Source of the DNA: an uncultured Gemmatimonadales bacterium
GTDB lineage: Bacteria > Gemmatimonadota > Gemmatimonadetes > Longimicrobiales > RSA9
DNA: 64,000 bases
Assembly (NCBI GenBank): GCA_963798845.1
Contig: CAWCUS010000002.1
Location: 256,001 to 320,000 of the forward strand
Direction: 5' to 3'
Shown: positions 49,904-59,058 of the stretch, piece after piece
Numbering within the stretch: the stretch's first letter is position 1
How the letters are laid out: each line of letters opens with the position of its first letter
Made by a program: the position numbers and the translations under genes
The notes under the pieces: generated by a model
Database searches by the model: none
What the model was told of the DNA's origin: nothing
What the model saw: only the letters and a program-made list of their open reading frames with translations

Positions 49904-50721
49904 GCTGCACGGCGGGGGTGGACGTCGGCTCGACGTACACGAAGGCCGCGATCCTCGACGACGCCGGCCAGTTGCTGGGCCGGAGCATGGCGCCGACCGG
50001 CTTCCGCCTGGAGGCGGCGGCGCGGGCGGCGCTGGACGCCGCGCTGGCCGAGGCGGGTGTCGACGCGGCGGACGTGGTCTACACCGCCACCACCGGCTAC
50101 GGCCGCAACCAGGTGGCGTTCCGCGACGTCCAGGCCACGGACCTGACGGCGCAGTCGTGGGGGACTCGCTGGTTCTTCCCGTCTACCCGAACGGTGCTGG
50201 ACATCGGCGGGCAGACCATGAAGGCCATGCGCGTGGACGACGCGGGCAAGGTCCGCTCGTTCCGCCTGAACGACAAGTGTGCCGCGGGCACGGGCGCGTT
50301 CCTGGAGAAGACGGCGCGCTACCTCGGCTACGGCCTCGAGGAGATCGGGATGCTCGTCCAGGGCGCGGAGGCGTCGGTGCCCATCAGCGGCGTGTGCGCG
50401 GTGTTCGCCGAGTCGGAGGTGATCAACCACGTGAGCAACGGGAGCCAGCCCGGCGAGATCATGCTGGGCGCCATGGAGTCGCTCATCGAGAAGAGCGTGC
50501 GGCTCATGAAGCGCGTGCAGATGGAGCCGGAGTTCACGCTGGTGGGCGGGATCATGCGCTTCCCCACCATGGTGCAGGTCATGCGCGAGCACCTGGCGGA
50601 GGGCGTCAACGTGCCGCCCGAGCCGCTGGTCCAGTACACCGGCGCCATTGGTGCCGCGATCCTCGCACGGCGCAGGCTGGAGAAGCTCGAGGCCGAGGAC
50701 GCCGAGGCCGCGGCCGCGTGA
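49900..50721 (+). CDS. bcrD: Benzoyl-CoA reductase ATP-binding activator subunit (BcrD / BzdP-like)
   Basis: [52 protein letters not shown]. Confidence 0.8.
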   Translation: MSCTAGVDVGSTYTKAAILDDAGQLLGRSMAPTGFRLEAAARAALDAALAEAGVDAADVVYTATTGYGRNQVAFRDVQATDLTAQSWGTRWFFPSTRTVLDIGGQTMKAMRVDDAGKVRSFRLNDKCAAGTGAFLEKTARYLGYGLEEIGMLVQGAEASVPISGVCAVFAESEVINHVSNGSQPGEIMLGAMESLIEKSVRLMKRVQMEPEFTLVGGIMRFPTMVQVMREHLAEGVNVPPEPLVQYTGAIGAAILARRRLEKLEAEDAEAAAA

Positions 50722-50984
50722 GCGCGCCGGTGCCCGCACTCGACATCGGGCCGGCCGCCAGCGAGCGCGTCCGGGAGCGCGACGGGGCCCTGGCGCTGGA
50801 TGGCTGGACGCGACGCTTCATCGGCGCCCCGCCCCGTCTTGGGGAGATGGCGGCGCTCTACCGCTCGGTGGGCCAGGAGGTGCTGCTCGAGCCCCTGGAG
50901 GACGATGACCTGGCGCACGAGTGCGCCGGGTGCACGCTCGCCCTCTCCCTCTTTCGCGTCGTCTACACGAGGATCCCCCGATGA
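50718..50984 (+). CDS. Small hypothetical CxxC protein (88 aa), not called as a separate ORF in the track
   Basis: GTGA overlap with bcrD stop and ATGA overlap with had start; GWTRRF...PRL.E...LY...GQEVLLEP...CAGC...VYTR. Confidence 0.75.
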   Translation: MSAPVPALDIGPAASERVRERDGALALDGWTRRFIGAPPRLGEMAALYRSVGQEVLLEPLEDDDLAHECAGCTLALSLFRVVYTRIPR

Positions 50985-52003
50985 AGGCCGCTCTCTTCCA
51001 TGGCGCCAACCGCCCGCTCACCATCGAGGACATCCCCGTGCCGGAGCCGGGCCGCGGCGAGGTGCTGGTGAAGGTGGCGGGGTGCGGTGTGTGCCACACG
51101 GACCTCCACTACATCGACCACGGCACGCCCACCTTCAAGAACCCGCCGATGGTCCTCGGCCACGAGATCGCGGGCACACTGGCCAGCCCCGACCCGACCG
51201 GGCGGCTGCTTGAGGGCGAGCACGTGCTCCTCCCGGCCGTGCTGTCGTGCGGCCACTGCGACGCGTGCCGCGGGGGGCGGGAGAACATCTGCCAGAACGG
51301 GATCATGCTGGGCAACAACATCGATGGCGGGTACGCCGAGTACGTCGCCGTCCCCGCAAAGGACGTGTTCCGGCTCCCCGACGAGATCCCGCTCGTGGAG
51401 GGCTCCATCATCGCCGACGCCCTCACCACCCCCTTCCACGCGGTGATGAACCGCGGCCGCGTCCGCCCGGGCGACCGGGTGGTGGTGGTGGGGTGTGGCG
51501 GGGTCGGACTGAACGTCGTGCAGATGGCCGCCGTGGTGGGCGCTCGGGTGGTGGGCGTGGACGTGTCGCCCGAGAAACTGGCGTGGGCCGAGCGCCTGGG
51601 CGCGGAAGCCACGTTGAACCCGACCGGGGTGGAGCGCCCGGACAGGGCGCTTCGCGCCCTCACCGACGGCGGCGCCGACGTGGCGTTCGAGGCCGTCGGC
51701 CGCCCCGACACGCAGGCGCTGGCCGTGGACGCGGTGAAGACCGGCGGGCGCGTGGTCTTCGTGGGCTACAGCCCGAAGGCCATGGAGCTCAACGCCGGCC
51801 GGGTCATGTTCCGGGAGCTCGAGGTCGTGGGATCGCTCGGCTGTCGCCCGGTCGACTACCCGCGCGTCATCGACCTCGTCCGCCAGGGCCGCGTCGAAGT
51901 GACGGCGCTGGTGACCCGCCGCTTCACGCTCGACGAGATCGGCGACGCGTTCGACTTCCTGCGCAGCGGGGCATCGATCCGGAGCGTGGTGACCCCCACC
52001 TGA
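50981..52003 (+). CDS. had: 6-hydroxycyclohex-1-ene-1-carbonyl-CoA dehydrogenase (Zn-dependent ADH)
   Basis: VAGCGVCHTDL, LGHEI.G, CGHCDAC......C, ADA.TTP, G.GGVG; operon context. Confidence 0.85.
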   Translation: MKAALFHGANRPLTIEDIPVPEPGRGEVLVKVAGCGVCHTDLHYIDHGTPTFKNPPMVLGHEIAGTLASPDPTGRLLEGEHVLLPAVLSCGHCDACRGGRENICQNGIMLGNNIDGGYAEYVAVPAKDVFRLPDEIPLVEGSIIADALTTPFHAVMNRGRVRPGDRVVVVGCGGVGLNVVQMAAVVGARVVGVDVSPEKLAWAERLGAEATLNPTGVERPDRALRALTDGGADVAFEAVGRPDTQALAVDAVKTGGRVVFVGYSPKAMELNAGRVMFRELEVVGSLGCRPVDYPRVIDLVRQGRVEVTALVTRRFTLDEIGDAFDFLRSGASIRSVVTPT

Positions 52004-52006
52004 CAC

Positions 52007-52294
52007 CTACGGCTTCGGCGCCCCTCCATCATCCGGCGGCGGGTTCTCCTGTCCGCCGTTCGGCGCCGGCGTGCGGCGCCCGTCGGCCGGCCGCGTGCCG
52101 GGGCCCACCGCTGCCCCCGAAGCCGGGGCGTCCACGGCACCCGCGGCCGGCGCGGTGGTGGTCTCGGCGGCCGGCGCGGCTGTGCCGAACGTGTTCGATC
52201 CGCCCCAGAGCAGCCATGCCCCGATGCCGACCGCCACGACCACCAGCGCGATCACCACCCAGCGCCAGACGTGGCGGCGCGGCCGCCGCTCCAT
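52007..52294 (-). CDS. Small single-pass membrane protein (possible 1-bp frameshift at the 5' end)
   Basis: MERRPRRHVWRWVVIALVVVAVGIGAWLLW plus low-complexity tail; the SD-linked ATG at 52310 is out of frame. Confidence 0.6.
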   Translation of the reverse strand: MERRPRRHVWRWVVIALVVVAVGIGAWLLWGGSNTFGTAAPAAETTTAPAAGAVDAPASGAAVGPGTRPADGRRTPAPNGGQENPPPDDGGAPKP

Positions 52295-52311
52295 TCTCGA
52301 TCTCAGCCATG

Positions 52312-53214
52312 TCAGTCCTCCTCTCTGGCCCGGGTGCGCCGGCGGGCAGCCGGCCCATAGAAGCGCTGGAGCGTGGTGCTCTGCCAGTCGGGGACCGTGC
52401 GCGGCTCCTCCTCCTGTCGACCAGCGTTGTCCAGGTCGTCCATCCCCGCGCGGGCGAAGATCCCGTCCACGTCGGTCTGGGCGCGTCGGCTCACGGGAAG
52501 CCCGCCGTACTGGGGGTACTCTGCCATGTCCCCGGCGAGGAGTCCGCCCACGACGACGCGCTTCTTTCGGCGCGCGAGCCGGACGCGGTCGACGGGGAGC
52601 AGGATGTGCCGGTCCACGGGCTCGAGGTCGAGCTTGTCCTCGTCCAGCGCCACGTCCAGAAAGCGAGCGCGCATCTCCGATGGGTCCATCAGGAGCCCGG
52701 TCACCCGGCCGACGTCGTTCCCGTCCGCTGTGACCACGGTCCAGCCACGCGGATCCTCGCCGGCCACGCGGTAGTCCTTCTCCAGGTCCGCCATGCGGCG
52801 CAGGTCGAGGTTGCCGTCCTGGCGGTCCTCGGGGGCGACCAGGTCGTGGTGAGCCCGGGCCGAGGTCCCGCCGTACACCGCGTCCAGGCGGCGCTCGAAG
52901 TCGGCGTCGAGCGCTTCGGGCTCCAGCGCGTACTCGGGCACCTCCTCGAGCCGCTCCCGCGTGAACCGGTCCACCCACACCGTCTTCTCCTCCACGTCGG
53001 CATGGGCGTGCTCCAGAGGCACGAGGACGTGCTTCTTCAGCAGCCCGAGGTCCACGTCGAGGTAGCGGAGGGCGCCGCTCCCGTCGAGGAGCATGTCGTC
53101 CACCTTCCCGACCTTCTCGTCGTCCTCACCCGTCCGTACGCGCCAGCCGCGCACGTCCCACGCTCCGTCCGGGAACGCGTAGTCGGACATGCGCGAGATC
53201 GGTCTCAGTGCCAT
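52312..53214 (-). CDS. Tandem PRC-barrel domain protein
   Basis: Two copies of D.RGW.V...D...VG.V..LL.D....RYLDV; GGAGG SD. Confidence 0.85.
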   Translation of the reverse strand: MALRPISRMSDYAFPDGAWDVRGWRVRTGEDDEKVGKVDDMLLDGSGALRYLDVDLGLLKKHVLVPLEHAHADVEEKTVWVDRFTRERLEEVPEYALEPEALDADFERRLDAVYGGTSARAHHDLVAPEDRQDGNLDLRRMADLEKDYRVAGEDPRGWTVVTADGNDVGRVTGLLMDPSEMRARFLDVALDEDKLDLEPVDRHILLPVDRVRLARRKKRVVVGGLLAGDMAEYPQYGGLPVSRRAQTDVDGIFARAGMDDLDNAGRQEEEPRTVPDWQSTTLQRFYGPAARRRTRAREED

Positions 53215-53350
53215 GTTTCCTCCTGGTCTGGTTCCCCTGCCCGGAGGAAGGGGCAAGGCGGGTGCCACGCCGTCGGACGAGGTTGCCGGGGCGGCGGTCG
53301 CGGTGGCATCATGGAACCGCGCGGCCCCGGATCCCCCCAGGAGCGAGGCG

Positions 53351-54352
53351 ATGATGCCCAGGACCGAGTTCATAAGCGCTGGCTTCCACGTCCCCGAGCG
53401 GGTGCTGAAGAACGACGATCTCACTCGTTGGTGGGACACGTCGGATGAGTGGATCCGGGAGCGGACCGGGATCGAGGAGCGGCACTGGGTGGAGCCGGGG
53501 CAGGAAGCGGGGTCCGACCTGGCGCTGCGGGCCACGCAGCGGGCCCTCGAGGCCGCATCCATGGACGCCTCCGAGCTCGACGCGATCGTTTACGCGACCC
53601 TGTCGCCGGACTTCTTCTTCCCGGGCGGCGGCGTATTCCTCCAGCGCAAGCTCGGTATCCGCGGCATCCCCGCCATCGACATCCGCAACCAGTGCACGGG
53701 GTTCCTGTACGGCCTCTCCGTAGCCGACGCGTGGATCCGAACGGGGCAGTACCGCCGCATCCTGCTGGTGGGCGCCGAGGTTCACTCCTCGGGGATGGAC
53801 TTCGGCCCCGAGGGGCGCGACCTGAGCGTGCTCTTCGGCGACGGCGCGGGCGCTGTCATCCTCGGGCCCAGCGACGACCCGGACCGGGGCATTCTGTCGA
53901 CGCACCTGTGGGCGGACGGCCGCTACGCGGAGAAGCTCTGGTGCGAGGCGGAGGCCTCGGCGCGCTTCCCGCGCATCTCGCACGACGACCTCGACGCCGG
54001 GAAGCATTACGCGCGGATGGAGGGGCGAGAGGTGTTCAAGCACGCGGTGGTGCGCATGCCGGAGTCGGTGCGCGCGGCGCTCGAGGCGAACGACCTCAAC
54101 GTGGAGGACATCGACCTCCTCATCGCCCACCAGGCGAACCTCCGCATCACCGAGATGGTGGGGAGGGGGCTCGGCCTGCCCCCCGAGAAGATCTACAACA
54201 ACATCCAGCGATACGGGAACACCACGGCCGCCACCATCCCCATCTGCATCGCGGAAGCGGTCGAGAAGGGGCTGCTCCGCCGCGGCGATCTGCTGATGCT
54301 CACGGCGTTCGGGAGCGGCTTCACATGGGGCAGCGCGGCCGTGCGCTGGTAG
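53351..54352 (+). CDS. fabH: 3-oxoacyl-ACP synthase III
   Basis: DTSDEWIRERTGI, QCTGF, LFGDGAGA, HQAN, YGNT, AFGSGFTWG (Cys-His-Asn triad). Confidence 0.92.
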   Translation: MMPRTEFISAGFHVPERVLKNDDLTRWWDTSDEWIRERTGIEERHWVEPGQEAGSDLALRATQRALEAASMDASELDAIVYATLSPDFFFPGGGVFLQRKLGIRGIPAIDIRNQCTGFLYGLSVADAWIRTGQYRRILLVGAEVHSSGMDFGPEGRDLSVLFGDGAGAVILGPSDDPDRGILSTHLWADGRYAEKLWCEAEASARFPRISHDDLDAGKHYARMEGREVFKHAVVRMPESVRAALEANDLNVEDIDLLIAHQANLRITEMVGRGLGLPPEKIYNNIQRYGNTTAATIPICIAEAVEKGLLRRGDLLMLTAFGSGFTWGSAAVRW

Positions 54353-54358
54353 CGGAGG

Positions 54359-55363
54359 TCAGGGGCGCCGGGGCCTCAGCCAGATCCCGACCACGCCGCA
54401 CTCCGCCCCCGCGCCGCGGTAGCGGCTCGGGATCTGGCCCACGTGAAGGTATACCTCGACACCCTCGATGTCCTTTGGACTGAACACGTCGAGCGCGCGG
54501 ATGTCCCAGGGCGTTCCGTCCACGAAAAGCCGCACGTCGCACGAGTTCGCCCGGTCCGCGTAGATGCCGCATTCGCCGCGCTCGCAGTAGTAGCGAAGCC
54601 CCGGGACCGCGCGCATGAGGTCCATCATGTTCGATGGCCGGTTCCGCTCGATGTCCTCACGCCCGACGAAATACCCGCTCCCCTTCTCCTTCCGGTCGTA
54701 GAACGCGGCCATGCCCGGCGTGGTGAAGCGGCGGGCCACGGTCACCGACAGTGGCTGGAGCACCAGCGGCTCGGGATCGACCTTGACGCTGATGAGCTGG
54801 TTCTCCGTGGCACGGACGAAAAACTCTCGCGACAGGGCGCCGAACGCCAGGTGGCTCACCACCAGCGTCCGCACCCCGACCTCCACGTCGTGGAGCATGA
54901 AGCTCCCGTCCTTCTGGCTGATGTCCCACCCGTCCGCCCCTCGGACCCGCACCAGCGCCCCCTCCACCGGCCGGTTCGTGGACGCGTCCGTTACGTAGCC
55001 GGGGACGATCGGGACGACCGGCCGATCCAGCGGCAGCTCCACGCGCAGCGTCGTGCCCGCGTACGGTCCGAGCCTCCATGGCGCGCTCGCCACCTCGCCC
55101 CGGTGGGCCCGGACGAGAATTTGCCCGGCGGGCAGGTGGCCGCAGCGGCGGAACGCCCCGTCGTCGTCCGTGTCGAGGTGGAACACCTGGAAGGTGGAGT
55201 CGCGGGCAGCCCAGTACACGGCCACCACGGCGCCCGCCGCGGGTTCGCCGTCGACCGTGACCCTCCCGGCGAGCGTCGGGTCCGCACACTGCGCCCTGAC
55301 CGCAGCGACCCCTCCGCACCAGAGGGCGGCCGCGAGAACGGGGAGGGAGATCATGGTTCGCAT
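54359..55363 (-). CDS. Secreted protein with carboxypeptidase-regulatory-like domains and a TonB-plug-like C-terminal domain
   Basis: Signal peptide; G.VTD....PV.GA.V repeats; FYDRK..G.G....EDI, FVDG, IEGVEVY, CGV..IW. Confidence 0.75.
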   Translation of the reverse strand: MRTMISLPVLAAALWCGGVAAVRAQCADPTLAGRVTVDGEPAAGAVVAVYWAARDSTFQVFHLDTDDDGAFRRCGHLPAGQILVRAHRGEVASAPWRLGPYAGTTLRVELPLDRPVVPIVPGYVTDASTNRPVEGALVRVRGADGWDISQKDGSFMLHDVEVGVRTLVVSHLAFGALSREFFVRATENQLISVKVDPEPLVLQPLSVTVARRFTTPGMAAFYDRKEKGSGYFVGREDIERNRPSNMMDLMRAVPGLRYYCERGECGIYADRANSCDVRLFVDGTPWDIRALDVFSPKDIEGVEVYLHVGQIPSRYRGAGAECGVVGIWLRPRRP

Positions 55364-55460
55364 GGCGGGTCGGCCCCGGTGGCTTCTTCCTCGGTCTCGT
55401 CAGGGCCATCCGCACGCTAAGGCATGCCGCGCTCCCGGGTCAAGGCGCTGCCGCGCCGCG

Positions 55461-56360
55461 TCAGTGCGCGCGGATCACGCGATAGCGCGCACGCACGAAA
55501 TTGTCAATGCCGTATGCGGCGAGACCGGCCGCGACCAATCCTAGGAGCCACGGGACCCCCGCCATGACGTCGAGCACGCCGTTCAGGCCCCTTGCCTCGG
55601 ACGGATTGGCCTGGATCCCGGCGACGACGAAGAACCCGCCGATGATCCCGAGCACCACGCCCCTCGCCGCCAGCCCGAACCGGCTCACACGCACCACCCA
55701 CGGACGAGCTCGGGCCGAAAGCGCGCCCAGGGCGAGCTGGTCGTCCAGGTCCGTTTCCCAGCTGTTCCACAGCTGCTGGAGCCCGTACAGGATCACAGCC
55801 ACGCCGACGCCGACGAGGATCCACCGCCCGCCGGGCGCCGAGAGGAGCGTGGCCGACCAGTGCTGCGCGCCCCCTCCACCGCCGGTGCTCGCCCCGCTGC
55901 CCGCGCCCCCGACGCCGGCCCGGGTCATCCGCACGCCGGAGCCGGCGCCTCCGCCGCTTGCGCCGGCGAACACGAGGCGGCCTGCCTCGAAGCACAGACC
56001 CGCGTAGATGAGCCCCGTGATGCCGTAGAAGATGCGTTTCCCCGCGCCGTCGTTCTCGGGGTTGGCGATCAGGCGGTAGCCCTGCCAGACCACGTAGCCG
56101 AGCAGCCCGAGCGCGATCAGTGCGAGGACCACCATGCCCCAGTTGGAGCCGTCCAGCCACGCGAGCGCGCCTTTCGACCCCGTTGCGTTCCCGCCACCGT
56201 GCAGGGCGACGGCGACGGCCAGGACGCCCACCAGGACGTACACGGCGCCCTTCGCGGCGTAGCCGAGCCGAGCCAGCCGCTCGACCCACGGTGCAGCGGC
56301 CTCCCTGGCTTCCCTCGCCTCCGTCCCAGCTCGCTTCGCCGGCTTCCGTCCCTCGTTCAT
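55461..56360 (-). CDS. DUF1206 family membrane protein
   Basis: LARLGYAAKG.VY..VG, R.GLAARG.V..IIG, EA.GL.G.L. Confidence 0.85.
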   Translation of the reverse strand: MNEGRKPAKRAGTEAREAREAAAPWVERLARLGYAAKGAVYVLVGVLAVAVALHGGGNATGSKGALAWLDGSNWGMVVLALIALGLLGYVVWQGYRLIANPENDGAGKRIFYGITGLIYAGLCFEAGRLVFAGASGGGAGSGVRMTRAGVGGAGSGASTGGGGGAQHWSATLLSAPGGRWILVGVGVAVILYGLQQLWNSWETDLDDQLALGALSARARPWVVRVSRFGLAARGVVLGIIGGFFVVAGIQANPSEARGLNGVLDVMAGVPWLLGLVAAGLAAYGIDNFVRARYRVIRAH

Positions 56361-56484
56361 ATCGAGCCTCCCCTGCGACGTGCTCCGCCGGCGCTCCGCG
56401 GGCCGGCGCGTATTGCGTTCAGGGGCAGGAACCGTTCCGCCGGGCACGCCTGTTGCCCTCGGGAGAGGTGGAGAGGAGGGTCGC

Positions 56485-57153
56485 ATGGACGAGGAGCTGC
56501 TCGAGTTCGAGAACACGATCGAGGACGACGCCGGCCACAGTCACGTGGCCACCGTTCTGGGCCGGGAGCGGGAGGACGGGTTGTGGATCGGGTGGCTCCG
56601 GTTCCGGGCGCTGGATCCGCAGGCCGGCGCGACCGTGCTGGAGACCGGGCGGGAGACGACACAGCCGAACCGGAAGGACCTGCGCTACTGGGCCTCCGGC
56701 CTCACCTACTTCTACCTCCAGGGCGCGCTGGCACGCGCCCGCCGCCGCGCCGCCGTCCGTGTGCCGGCAGCGGACGCTGGGGTGAACGACGGTGTCGCGG
56801 GGCGCCGACCCCGCACGGCACCTTCAGGTCGGAGTGCCGGCCCCGAGGGAGGACGACGCCTCGACGTGGTGGGGGCGGACGACCACGTCGCCGGCGACGT
56901 GATGGGCGTGCGCGCGCCGCGGACGGGCACCGTCCGCGAGCTGCCCGACATGGGGATGGTGATCTACGAAGGCGTGCGCGGCGACGCCCACGCATTCTCC
57001 GTCCACTTCGCCACGCCCAACCAGGGCGCCACGCTGGCGAACTGGCTGTTCAGCCGGCTCCACCGGGCCGGCGCCGCCGTGCGCGTGGACGGCCGCGCCG
57101 TTCCGCTGACCAATGACGGGCTGTGCGACGCGCTCGTGGGACCGGTGCCGTAG
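56485..57153 (+). CDS. Hypothetical protein
   Basis: GAGGAGG SD; W.GWL.F...T.RETTQPN...L.YWA.GL...YL.GAL.RA looks like a conserved globular domain. Confidence 0.7.
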   Translation: MDEELLEFENTIEDDAGHSHVATVLGREREDGLWIGWLRFRALDPQAGATVLETGRETTQPNRKDLRYWASGLTYFYLQGALARARRRAAVRVPAADAGVNDGVAGRRPRTAPSGRSAGPEGGRRLDVVGADDHVAGDVMGVRAPRTGTVRELPDMGMVIYEGVRGDAHAFSVHFATPNQGATLANWLFSRLHRAGAAVRVDGRAVPLTNDGLCDALVGPVP

Positions 57154-57154
57154 C

Positions 57155-57583
57155 TCAGGAGACCCGGTCGGAATCATGCGGGATTCCGGGCTCCGGGAAA
57201 TCGAGTGGAGTAGGGGGGCGCATCGAGAGGTCCACGGCCAGCCATACGAGCCGGGAGAGGGGATAGAAGCCGATCGGTCCGAGGATCATGAGCGGCGCGC
57301 CGATCCAGGCGAGCCAGCGCCACGGCACGTCCGGCCAGGTCAGGAGCACGCTCGCGGCGAGAAACCCGACCAGCAGGAGCTCGACCGCTATGAAGTTCAG
57401 AACGTAGCCGCCGAGGAAGAAATCGCTCTCGCCTCGATCGAGCTTGAGCTGACAGCGGGGGCACGCATCCCGCGGCTCGACCCAGCCGTCGAAGAGGCCT
57501 TCGGACGCGCACAGGGGGCAGCGGCGTCGGAGGGCCCGCCCGAGCATCACTCGGATCGGGGGATGGGGATACTGGTCGAGCAT
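57155..57583 (-). CDS. DUF983 family membrane protein
   Basis: RALRRRCP.C..G.LF, CPRC, two TM helices, SR..W.A.D. Confidence 0.8.
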   Translation of the reverse strand: MLDQYPHPPIRVMLGRALRRRCPLCASEGLFDGWVEPRDACPRCQLKLDRGESDFFLGGYVLNFIAVELLLVGFLAASVLLTWPDVPWRWLAWIGAPLMILGPIGFYPLSRLVWLAVDLSMRPPTPLDFPEPGIPHDSDRVS

Positions 57584-57637
57584 GGCAGGAAGATGGCGGC
57601 CGCCGACCGAGCATGGAACCGGAGAAAGGTCGGACCG

Positions 57638-58132
57638 ATGGGGAACGGGATGGTGACGGCGGCGGGACTGGGGGCGGTGACGGGGCTGCGCACCATGATG
57701 GGCGTGGCGTGGACGGCACGGCAGCTGTCCGCGGCCCCCGACAGCCGCTGGCGTCGGCCCGGCCGCCGCCAGCGGCGGAGTCGACTGGAGCGCTGGCTCG
57801 CGAATGATTCCGCGGCGCGCGTGTTGGGCGGGATGGCCGCGGCGGAGCTGGTCGTCGACAAACTGCCGGGGATCCCCGACCGGGTATCCGCCGGAGCGAT
57901 CTTCGGTCGGCTCACTATCGCGGGCATGCTCGGCGCGCTGGCGGCGGGTCCGGATGCGCGCGTCCCGGGCGCGGCCGTCGGCGCAGCCTCCGCGCTGGTC
58001 GCGGCGTGGGGCGGCTGGCTCGTGCGCGCGCGCCTGGCCCCCTCCGCCGCCCCGGACGCGTTGATCGCCCTCCTGGAGGATGCGGTGGCAGTCAGCGGGG
58101 CGCGCGCGGCGAGCGCGCGCCTCGCCCGGTGA
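57638..58132 (+). CDS. DUF4126-like membrane protein
   Basis: LG.VTGLR.M, EL.VDKLP.IP.R, D...AL.EDA.A. Confidence 0.7.
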   Translation: MGNGMVTAAGLGAVTGLRTMMGVAWTARQLSAAPDSRWRRPGRRQRRSRLERWLANDSAARVLGGMAAAELVVDKLPGIPDRVSAGAIFGRLTIAGMLGALAAGPDARVPGAAVGAASALVAAWGGWLVRARLAPSAAPDALIALLEDAVAVSGARAASARLAR

Positions 58133-59039
58133 CCGCCGCGATCCCGGCGCGGATGCCCGGCGCAGCGAGTCCCACCGTGACTCCGAGGATGGCGCCCGCC
58201 AGCGCGTCCACGCCATAGTGGAACCCGCCGTATACGGTGGCGAAGGCGAGCGTGGCCGTGAGGATGGCGGTCCAGGGCGTGATCCGCGGTGCCTCCCGGT
58301 GGAGCGCCACGGTCACCGCGGCGGCGAGGCCGACATGGCTCGAAGGGAACGCGGTGCCCACGCTCGAGCCGACTTCGAGGACGCGGTGCGTGAAACCGAA
58401 CAGGAGCCCGCGATCCAGCGGCCCGTGGGGGATGGGGAACAGGTAGCGCGGTCCCAGAACGGGGAAAGCCGTGAAAAGCGCCGAGTCCACGACGAACATC
58501 AGGGCGATGGTGAAGGCCACGCGGCGGAAGCCCTGGCGGCGGCCGGACACGAAGAGGACGAGCGGCGGGAGTCCTACGAGCGCGTAGTACGACAGGTAGG
58601 CCGCGTGCAGCGGCTCTGAGAGCGAGATCCACGGCCACGCCGCCGACAGCCACTGGCTCGGCTGACCCCCGAACAGCACGGCGTCCCAGTGCTGGACCAC
58701 CGCGTCGTAGACCAGGGGGCCGTGAAGCACGCCCGCCATGAGGGGCGCCTCCCAGTAGAACGCCGGCGCGATCAGGAGGGGCGACCAGTCAGCGACAACC
58801 CGAGCCACCGGAACGCCCGCGAGCACGGCCCGGCCGGGGAACGGACGGTCGAAGAGGAGGTGCGCCAGGAGGAGGTGCGCCGCCACCAGGCCGAGCCGCA
58901 ATGCGTGGCCGGGGCCGGGCAGCGCCAGCACCGCGGCGGTGACGAGGAGCCAGGTCCCCACGAGGCGACGCGCCGGTCGCGCGGTCGACTCCCGCTCCGG
59001 CGCGAAGACAGCGGGAGCGCGCGGTGGCTCCCGCCTCAA
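58092..59039 (-). CDS. PAP2-family membrane phosphatase; start uncertain
   Basis: FPVLGPRY, AFPSSHV, TVYGGFHYGVD.LAG. Confidence 0.85.
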   Translation of the reverse strand: MRREPPRAPAVFAPERESTARPARRLVGTWLLVTAAVLALPGPGHALRLGLVAAHLLLAHLLFDRPFPGRAVLAGVPVARVVADWSPLLIAPAFYWEAPLMAGVLHGPLVYDAVVQHWDAVLFGGQPSQWLSAAWPWISLSEPLHAAYLSYYALVGLPPLVLFVSGRRQGFRRVAFTIALMFVVDSALFTAFPVLGPRYLFPIPHGPLDRGLLFGFTHRVLEVGSSVGTAFPSSHVGLAAAVTVALHREAPRITPWTAILTATLAFATVYGGFHYGVDALAGAILGVTVGLAAPGIRAGIAAVTGRGARSPRAPR

Positions 59040-59058
59040 CGTCCCCTCCGACCCCCTG

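Noticed and set aside
46504..50721. 2-hydroxyglutaryl/phenyllactyl-CoA dehydratase (HgdABC/FldBCI) assignment
   Set aside because: Two different activator subunits plus flanking dch, had and oah, and BcrB/C-like motifs, favour an aryl-CoA reductase.
53351..54352. FabH as the thiolase-like step of ring-fission product degradation
   Set aside because: Ordinary KAS III motifs, and separated from the operon by two opposite-strand genes.
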